From a virus, in IMG/VR virus record IMGVR_UViG_3300029915_000003: a stretch of 64,000 nt of DNA, one strand, 5' to 3'. Position 1 is the stretch's first letter. Every line of letters begins with the position of its first letter. Positions 58,701 to 64,000 of the stretch are shown in pieces. Position numbers and translations under genes: made by a program. The notes under the pieces are model-generated. The model was not told the origin of the DNA, ran no database searches, and saw only the letters and a list, made by a program, of their open reading frames with translations.

Positions 58701-58785
58701 AGTGACCGCAAACTCCGCGTTATGCTGCACTGTAAGTGCAGCCAACGCTTCTAGCTGTGTCGTAACTGGACATTTGGCTCCTTAA
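55711..58785 (+). CDS. Large fibre-like repeat protein with Sec-type signal peptide
   Basis: MKRFFLLIILVSFGSLA; three copies of VTANAGTNLNTSLL..GEKG..LRVNV; PVVIASDQ motifs. Confidence 0.75.
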   Translation: MKRFFLLIILVSFGSLANVSDPAVTAPVGRATPSALSVQGQAGMIPIAVTCSNCGSGGGSGGGSGGGSGGSGGDVNIIEVGGAAVSLGSKTSVNSFPVVIASDQGDVPVSAVSLPLPTGAATSANQTSEITVLEAISAQLPASLDGSGDLKVHEQGIANVDITNSSIPVTQSGSWTVTANAGTNLNTSLLALDTSVNGILVAQASTTSGEKGPLVQAAVTTSAPTYSNGQTSPLSLDSTGSLRVNVTAGGGANASIGTIGATLPGSATTVGFKDGSGNLQAFIGDTTNGIKVQLPTGFATSALQTTGNATLVTINSTLGTPMQQTGGSVTANAGTNLNTSLLSLDTSVNGILVAQGSTTSGEKGPLVQAAVNTAAPVYLDGQTSALSLDTTGSLRVNVTAGGGANASIGTIGSAIPSSATTVGFKDGSGNLQAFIGDTTNGIKVQLPGGSVTANAGTNLNTSLLALDTSVNGILATQGSTTAGEKGSLMMGAVTTSAPSYSNGQTNPFSLDAAGNLRVNVVSGGGSNASVGLTGTTAPTSATEMGMITSGNLVGITSGQTTMTNSLPVVIASDQSTITVQGAGTGLAQSGGVLLTQPTQAKTASTVFNALSQTLVIPLAGSQGAVFQLTAISAGTMTAVVDASWDNGTTWTSSGYQFEGVLSSATFASLAANTGTNALDAYMLIPNNSTFTANAPAYTPTHLRIRVSAYSSGSITGTLTAIPVNANPSTGAINGTYNLPGAATLNGVDIGNGSMGPVWGATVNSLAPQVGMEVLTGVATSAIRAATSGNMVMPSIDNANGDAFVEIASGVTKAAVVTNNTTAVGIGLEVLDHVAETLGSTASYSTGNSVAAAVDLSGRTYIVGQIADNTAAAGNPVAIAAKGVADGAAPSAVSAGSTGYPIMSLDRRLYVDTTHPNFFSYNMSGQTTNTQLVGLSGASVSYYIDSVTFSTSAATNMSLVSSTTAGTACVSTPTIVVPTIYLNSGGAGATMTFPSPIKVTANSALCCTVSAANASSCVVTGHLAP
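56238..57300 (+). repeat. Three intragenic direct repeats
   Basis: Units begin near 56238, 56695 and 57061. Confidence 0.8.
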
Positions 58786-58786
58786 T

Positions 58787-61700
58787 ATGCTTAAGAGATT
58801 ATTTATATTATTAACAATAGTTGGAAGTGCAGCCTATGCCGGAGATGCATGGGTAGGAAGCAACAGTGCTACATCCTATTATAGCACTAATAACGGTTCT
58901 ACGTGGACTGCTGCAACTGGAATGGCAAGTCAAGGAATACAACCTTCATGCGTTGGTAGTAATTGCACTACCTTTTTTTATGCAGCTACTGGAAATACAG
59001 CTTATTATACAACAAATGGAGGAGCTACATGGAGTACATCAACACTGCCAGCAACTCAGGGGTGGCAAACTCCAAGTTGTGTTGGAACCAACTGTAGCGC
59101 AACTGCTGGTTGGTTTGCTGGAGTAAACACAACGACTGCGGCTTTTAGCTCTAACAACGGACAAACATGGGTATCGTCTACATTGCCATCATCTCAATTG
59201 TGGTGGGCTCCCTCTTGTTCTACTGGAAGTGTTTGTGTTGTTGTATCTGGAAGCACATCAACAAACGTTGCCGCTTTTTCTACTAATAGTGGATCTACAT
59301 GGACCGCTTCTACTTTACCGGCAACCGCCTCATGGGGATATTCGGTGTGCAATGGTTCAAACTGTGTCGTCACGGAAACAGGATCAACCACAACGGCGGC
59401 CTTTAGCAGTAATGGTGGTTCTACCTGGGCAACATCTACGATGCCAAGTTCAGGTCAGTGGAGAGTTTCTTGTTCTGGAACAACATGTGCTGGAACAAGA
59501 TATGATACAAACACAACAGCGGGAGCTTTCTCTTCCAATGGAGGAGCTACTTGGTCTGCGTCAACCCTACCATCAAGCGGAACTTGGAGTTCCATATCAT
59601 GTTATTCATCTACTTGCTTTGCTTTTAGGAATGACTCTGCCACCACCGCTGCTGCCGTATCAACCAATGGTGGCTCTACTTGGTCAGCTTCTACAATGCC
59701 ATCGTCAGCAGCACCGTGGGGTAATCCTTACGCTGATTTTGGCGTTACAAACAATGCAGCCGTTGTCTGCAATGCCACTCTATCTGGGTGTATGACATAC
59801 AATGGAGGTACTGGTTATGCCTTTACGGCAAATAGCGGTACTTCTTGGACGGGTGGCACTATTGGTTCTGGTTATAGCGGATGTGGTCTAGCGTATGCTT
59901 CAGTGGCACCGGCTATCACGTCCTTTACTGGCTCTCCAGGTGTATTTGGGGCGGCTGTAACAATTACAGGTTCTGGGTTTACAGGCGCTACATCATTGTT
60001 GTTTAATAATTTTTCCCAACCAACATTCACTATAGCTTCTGATTCTACAATTACAACTACAGTTCCAACCGGGGCAACAACAGGACAATTATCTGTAACA
60101 TCACCATCAGGTACTGGTCTGTCCGCTTCCAATTTCATAGTTTCTGGACATTCTGGTGGGGCCTTCTTTATAGGTAATAACGGTAGCAATCCAAAAGCCA
60201 ATGTAGCTTACAGTACAAACGGCTCATCTTGGTTTTCAGCAACAGCTTTTGGATCAACATTTTGGAGTAATCTACAAGGAAATACAACGTCTTGCAATTC
60301 TACCACAAATACATGTGTTCTTACTGTCGATCCAAGTTCACTGGGTTTTTTTACAGCTTATTCTCCCAATGGAGGTCAAACATGGCAATTAAGTTCTCAA
60401 TTAGCCGCCAACACATGGGGGGGTGGGGTGAGCTGCCCATCTCTTTCTGGATGCGTAATGGTACAAGGTATTTCGACCAATACGGTAGCTTTTTCAACAA
60501 ATGGAGGCTTATCATGGAGTACTTCTACAACTCCATCTACCACGACCTGGAATGCTCCTGCATGTGTTGGAGCTAATTGTACACTTACCTCAAATGCCGG
60601 TACGGCTGGAGCGGCTTATTCAACAAATGGAGGTTCTACATGGACCGCTGCGACGATGCCTTCTGCCGCAACATGGAACACACCTACATGTGTAAGTACG
60701 TTTTGTACGGTAACGGCTTATTTTACAACTACAACAGCGGCGGCTTATTCAGCCAATAACGGACAAACTTGGTCTGCCGCCATAATGCCTTCTTCCCAAT
60801 CATGGAATCCTCCGACTTGTAGCGGAACGACTTGTTCAGCAACAACAAACACAACAACAACCGCAGCTGCCTATAGCACCAACAATGGCTCTACGTGGGG
60901 TGCAGCTACAATGCCATCTTCAAATCAATGGAACTCACCATCTTGTAGCGGAACTGTTTGTGTCGCCACTATAGTAGCATCCGGCACCACAGCGGCTTAT
61001 TCAACAAATAGCGGGCAAACCTGGACAGCCGCTACAATGCCATCTTCTCATGCTTGGGGAAATCCAGTTTGTGTGAGTAGCAATTGCATTGCGATTCCTT
61101 TTGGAGGTACAGCTACTACCGCTGCTGCATATTCAATAAACGGTGGTCAAACTTGGACAGCCACTACACTACCAACATCGCAATCGTGGGGTCAACCAAC
61201 ATGTATTAATACAAATTGTACGGTAACGGCTTATTACAGCTCAAGCGCTGCTGCATATTCGACAAATAACGGTCAAACTTGGACTGCAACAACTATGCCA
61301 CCGCAAGACGTTCCATTAAATGCAATATCATGTGGCTCTACAACATGCGCAAGCACAAGTAGCTTGTATTCTGGCACTGGAAGTTTCTATACTGGTAATG
61401 GATATTACTGGACCAGTCCAAACTCTCTTCCGGGAAATTCATTAAACTGGAAGGCTGCTTCCTGTGCTGGTTCTACATGTTCAACAGTAGTAACCAATTC
61501 TAGTACAGCCGCTGCTTTTAGCTCTAATGGAGGATCGTCTTGGGTATCCGCAACAATGCCTTCTTCGGCAATATGGAATACACCTCTATGTATTGTTGGC
61601 GGGTTTTGCGTTGCAACAAACGCTACATCTGGTACTGCTGCTGCCTATTCGACAAACGGTGGTTCTACTTGGGTCGCAGCAACGATGCCTTCGAGTGGTG

Positions 61701-62362
61701 TTTGGAACACTCCTTCCTGTTATGGAATTTACTGTTCTGCTACAAATACAACCTCCGGAACCGCTGCTGCTTATAGCTCTAATAACGGTTCTACCTGGGT
61801 TGCCGCAACGATGCCTTCGAGTGGTGTCTGGAACGCTCCAGGTTGTTCTGGTTATACTTGTGCCGCCACAACCACGGCATCGGGTACTGTTGCTGCTTAT
61901 AGCTCTAATAACGGCTCTACCTGGGTAGCCGCAACGATGCCTTCAAGTGGTGTTTGGAACGCTCCATATTGCTATGGTGTATATTGCATAGCTACACTTA
62001 CTACGTCTTCCACAGCGGCTGCTTATAGTTCTAACGGTGGTTCTACCTGGGTTGCAGCAACGATGCCTTCGGCGGCGGTATGGAATGGTAATCCTATTTG
62101 CAATGGAGCTATTTGTGTAGATGTAACGGCTGCGGCTGGTGTTACGACTATGGCCTACAGTCTTAACAATGGAGCTACTTGGTCTTTGGGTACCCTACCT
62201 GTAGCGGCTACGTGGAGCAATCCAACCGTAGGGGTTCTCAATATCACTATAGCAAATACAGGATTTACTAATTATTGGGGATACAACGACTTAATCCACG
62301 ATCCTGTGGGTTGGCCATCCTCATTAGAAATATTTAATCAATACACACGTAATTTTAATTAA
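58787..62362 (+). CDS. Secreted-type Cys-rich BNR/Asp-box-like beta-propeller protein with central IPT/TIG domain
   Basis: MLKRLFILLTIVGSAAYA signal; about 24 SxNxGxTW repeats; PAITSF..VTITGSGF..VP.GATTG. Confidence 0.8.
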   Translation: MLKRLFILLTIVGSAAYAGDAWVGSNSATSYYSTNNGSTWTAATGMASQGIQPSCVGSNCTTFFYAATGNTAYYTTNGGATWSTSTLPATQGWQTPSCVGTNCSATAGWFAGVNTTTAAFSSNNGQTWVSSTLPSSQLWWAPSCSTGSVCVVVSGSTSTNVAAFSTNSGSTWTASTLPATASWGYSVCNGSNCVVTETGSTTTAAFSSNGGSTWATSTMPSSGQWRVSCSGTTCAGTRYDTNTTAGAFSSNGGATWSASTLPSSGTWSSISCYSSTCFAFRNDSATTAAAVSTNGGSTWSASTMPSSAAPWGNPYADFGVTNNAAVVCNATLSGCMTYNGGTGYAFTANSGTSWTGGTIGSGYSGCGLAYASVAPAITSFTGSPGVFGAAVTITGSGFTGATSLLFNNFSQPTFTIASDSTITTTVPTGATTGQLSVTSPSGTGLSASNFIVSGHSGGAFFIGNNGSNPKANVAYSTNGSSWFSATAFGSTFWSNLQGNTTSCNSTTNTCVLTVDPSSLGFFTAYSPNGGQTWQLSSQLAANTWGGGVSCPSLSGCVMVQGISTNTVAFSTNGGLSWSTSTTPSTTTWNAPACVGANCTLTSNAGTAGAAYSTNGGSTWTAATMPSAATWNTPTCVSTFCTVTAYFTTTTAAAYSANNGQTWSAAIMPSSQSWNPPTCSGTTCSATTNTTTTAAAYSTNNGSTWGAATMPSSNQWNSPSCSGTVCVATIVASGTTAAYSTNSGQTWTAATMPSSHAWGNPVCVSSNCIAIPFGGTATTAAAYSINGGQTWTATTLPTSQSWGQPTCINTNCTVTAYYSSSAAAYSTNNGQTWTATTMPPQDVPLNAISCGSTTCASTSSLYSGTGSFYTGNGYYWTSPNSLPGNSLNWKAASCAGSTCSTVVTNSSTAAAFSSNGGSSWVSATMPSSAIWNTPLCIVGGFCVATNATSGTAAAYSTNGGSTWVAATMPSSGVWNTPSCYGIYCSATNTTSGTAAAYSSNNGSTWVAATMPSSGVWNAPGCSGYTCAATTTASGTVAAYSSNNGSTWVAATMPSSGVWNAPYCYGVYCIATLTTSSTAAAYSSNGGSTWVAATMPSAAVWNGNPICNGAICVDVTAAAGVTTMAYSLNNGATWSLGTLPVAATWSNPTVGVLNITIANTGFTNYWGYNDLIHDPVGWPSSLEIFNQYTRNFN

Positions 62363-62382
62363 ATTCAAAGGAAATAATCAAA

Positions 62383-62712
62383 ATGCCAGCTAATTTAAGT
62401 TGTGACCGTTGTGGAACTCCATACGTACCTACAAACGGTGATACCACCGAAAATGCCACTATAAGCATTCGCAGGGCTAGTGATGCTGCTCCTGGAGGTA
62501 ACTTCGTTCGATTTGTTTGCCCTACTTGTGAGGCTATGGACGAACAAATCGTTGCTTTTGCATTCCCATGGTCTAATTATGCTGATTTGGTGTTAAATCC
62601 ACAACAAATAGCGGCTGCAAAGGCGGCTGTGGTAGCGTCAATGACTCCACCTGTCACTACCACTCAAGCTCCTGCTCAACCTCCGTCTGAAACGACCGTA
62701 GCGCCTCAATAA
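62383..62712 (+). CDS. Small Zn-finger protein
   Basis: CDRC...CPTC; AAGGA SD. Confidence 0.6.
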   Translation: MPANLSCDRCGTPYVPTNGDTTENATISIRRASDAAPGGNFVRFVCPTCEAMDEQIVAFAFPWSNYADLVLNPQQIAAAKAAVVASMTPPVTTTQAPAQPPSETTVAPQ

Positions 62713-62715
62713 GCC

Positions 62716-63198
62716 ATGAAAAACATATATTTGGGGTTCTCAAACCACAATGATTGGTTTTCAAAACTAATCATGTGGGTTACCGAGGCACCGGTAAGTC
62801 ATTGTTTTGTATTGATTAATGATCCCATATTGGGAGACATGGTTATGCAAGCTACTTCGGGAGGAGTGCAGATAAACACTCTGAAAACCTTTAAATTGAC
62901 TCACAATATAGTTACCGTGATAGAACCCAAAGTTGATTTATCTCAAGCCATAAAGGAAATCATAGAAGAAGACTTGGGAGACGGATATGACTATACGGGT
63001 GATTTAGGTGTAGCTTGGATTAGACTGGGAAAATGGTTAGGAAAGAAATGGCACAACATTTTCCATACCAAAAAACATGAGTTTTGCTCTGCATTGTTAA
63101 CCAAATTAATACAAAAAGCCCGGTGGCCTGGATCGGAAACACTGGTACCAGACGAAGTGGACCCTGGCGAACTATTAAAGTTCGTCAGTAAACCTTAA
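62716..63198 (+). CDS. Permuted papain-like NlpC/P60 (YiiX/YaeF-like) enzyme
   Basis: SHC..YDY..FCSAL..P. Confidence 0.75.
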   Translation: MKNIYLGFSNHNDWFSKLIMWVTEAPVSHCFVLINDPILGDMVMQATSGGVQINTLKTFKLTHNIVTVIEPKVDLSQAIKEIIEEDLGDGYDYTGDLGVAWIRLGKWLGKKWHNIFHTKKHEFCSALLTKLIQKARWPGSETLVPDEVDPGELLKFVSKP

Positions 63199-63980
63199 TT
63201 ACTCCAATCTATTGGGTAAATTAGGTAGTGGTTTCGTATTTTATCTACAGCATGGACTTGTAATGCCTCTTCTGAATCCATCTTCCAGTCAGCATCTTTA
63301 ATTTTAGAAACATAGTCTTCCACCTTCATATACATACGTTTGGCTATAAAATCAGCCATAGAGTTAGACATTTCTTCCAATGAATCCAATCTTTCCTTTA
63401 ATTCATACTTATTAAGACTTGACTCAGGAATAACCGAAAACGGTTCATGGGTTAAAAGTATAGCGTCAGGAGCCATTTCTCTGAATGGGCACGCCTGTAA
63501 TATGTAAAATCCCATACTAGCACTGTATTCATCTACATAACAAGTTACAGTCTTAGGGTAGGAGGCGATTAATTGAGCCAATCTCATTCCTATCTCTACA
63601 TCTCCACCTTCGGTGTTTAGTCTCAATAAAATGGTATCTATAGAAGGATCCCGAACGTGATCTATAAATATATCTATTAGTTTTATAGAGTTACTACCAT
63701 TAATCTTGCCGTCGAAGTCTATAATCAGTTGACGGTCTTTGACTCCCATCTCTATAACCCTATCGGTACTCTTAGTTCCCTCACCGTCAGGTATGCACAA
63801 AAGACGGGAAAATGGTAAATGTAGGTAATTGGGTACATTTACTACTGTTTGATTCGGAGAATCGTTCTTAATTACGCTTTGGGGTAGCAATCTGCAATCA
63901 TATCCACCAACTAAAGGCAATAGAAACAAACCTATATTAAACCCCAACACCAACGCCACAATCTTAGATAATGAAACCAT
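63195..63980 (-). CDS. ClpP/crotonase-like protease with N-terminal membrane segment
   Basis: LNTEGGDV, SASMG, LLTHEP and EEAL..AVD motifs. Confidence 0.8.
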   Translation of the reverse strand: MVSLSKIVALVLGFNIGLFLLPLVGGYDCRLLPQSVIKNDSPNQTVVNVPNYLHLPFSRLLCIPDGEGTKSTDRVIEMGVKDRQLIIDFDGKINGSNSIKLIDIFIDHVRDPSIDTILLRLNTEGGDVEIGMRLAQLIASYPKTVTCYVDEYSASMGFYILQACPFREMAPDAILLTHEPFSVIPESSLNKYELKERLDSLEEMSNSMADFIAKRMYMKVEDYVSKIKDADWKMDSEEALQVHAVDKIRNHYLIYPIDWSN

Positions 63981-64000
63981 TTTTACACCCTATATAACTT

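Noticed and set aside
58787-62362. CRISPR array or non-coding tandem repeat
   Set aside because: Repeats are degenerate, in-frame ~114-nt coding units; no identical repeats with unique spacers anywhere in the window

Overview
A 64-kb segment of a large lytic myovirus (contractile-tail dsDNA phage, standard genetic code, almost all genes on +). Positions 1 to ~33.7 kb are an early/middle accessory region driven by sigma70-like promoters. It holds six tRNAs and an RNA-repair toolkit: Rnl1- and Rnl2/DRB0094-type ligases, a Pnk-like kinase, a phosphoesterase, two nucleotidyltransferases, a SpoU methyltransferase and a macro domain. It also has ClpP, a MoxR-AAA/vWA pair, Dam, PIN-PhoH, IMPDH/GMP reductase and pentapeptide-repeat genes. 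Positions ~33.7-64 kb are a late region with neck, tail terminator, sheath, tube, lysis-like and fibre-like genes plus three homing endonucleases. The most notable observations are: (1) two covarying copies of an unassigned structured ncRNA with a tRNA-like cloverleaf mounted on a long stem carrying a conserved GCTGGAACC/AGGACTGA internal loop, one copy followed by twin covarying pseudoknots; (2) a dispersed family of about 14 hypervariable ~55-75 aa 'R-x-C-K-H' miniproteins; (3) late, probably capsid-packaged polyproteins punctuated by [LMF]-x-K|[SAGTND] sites, including a transglycosylase plus catalytically degenerate mCpol-like protein and a HipA/PI3K-like kinase whose N-terminal domain also exists as a stand-alone early gene; (4) a YAATYTT late-promoter motif giving near-leaderless mRNAs; (5) Sec-signal-bearing, Cys-rich propeller/fibre proteins in the tail module. 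All assignments come from motif recognition by eye; no searches were run.
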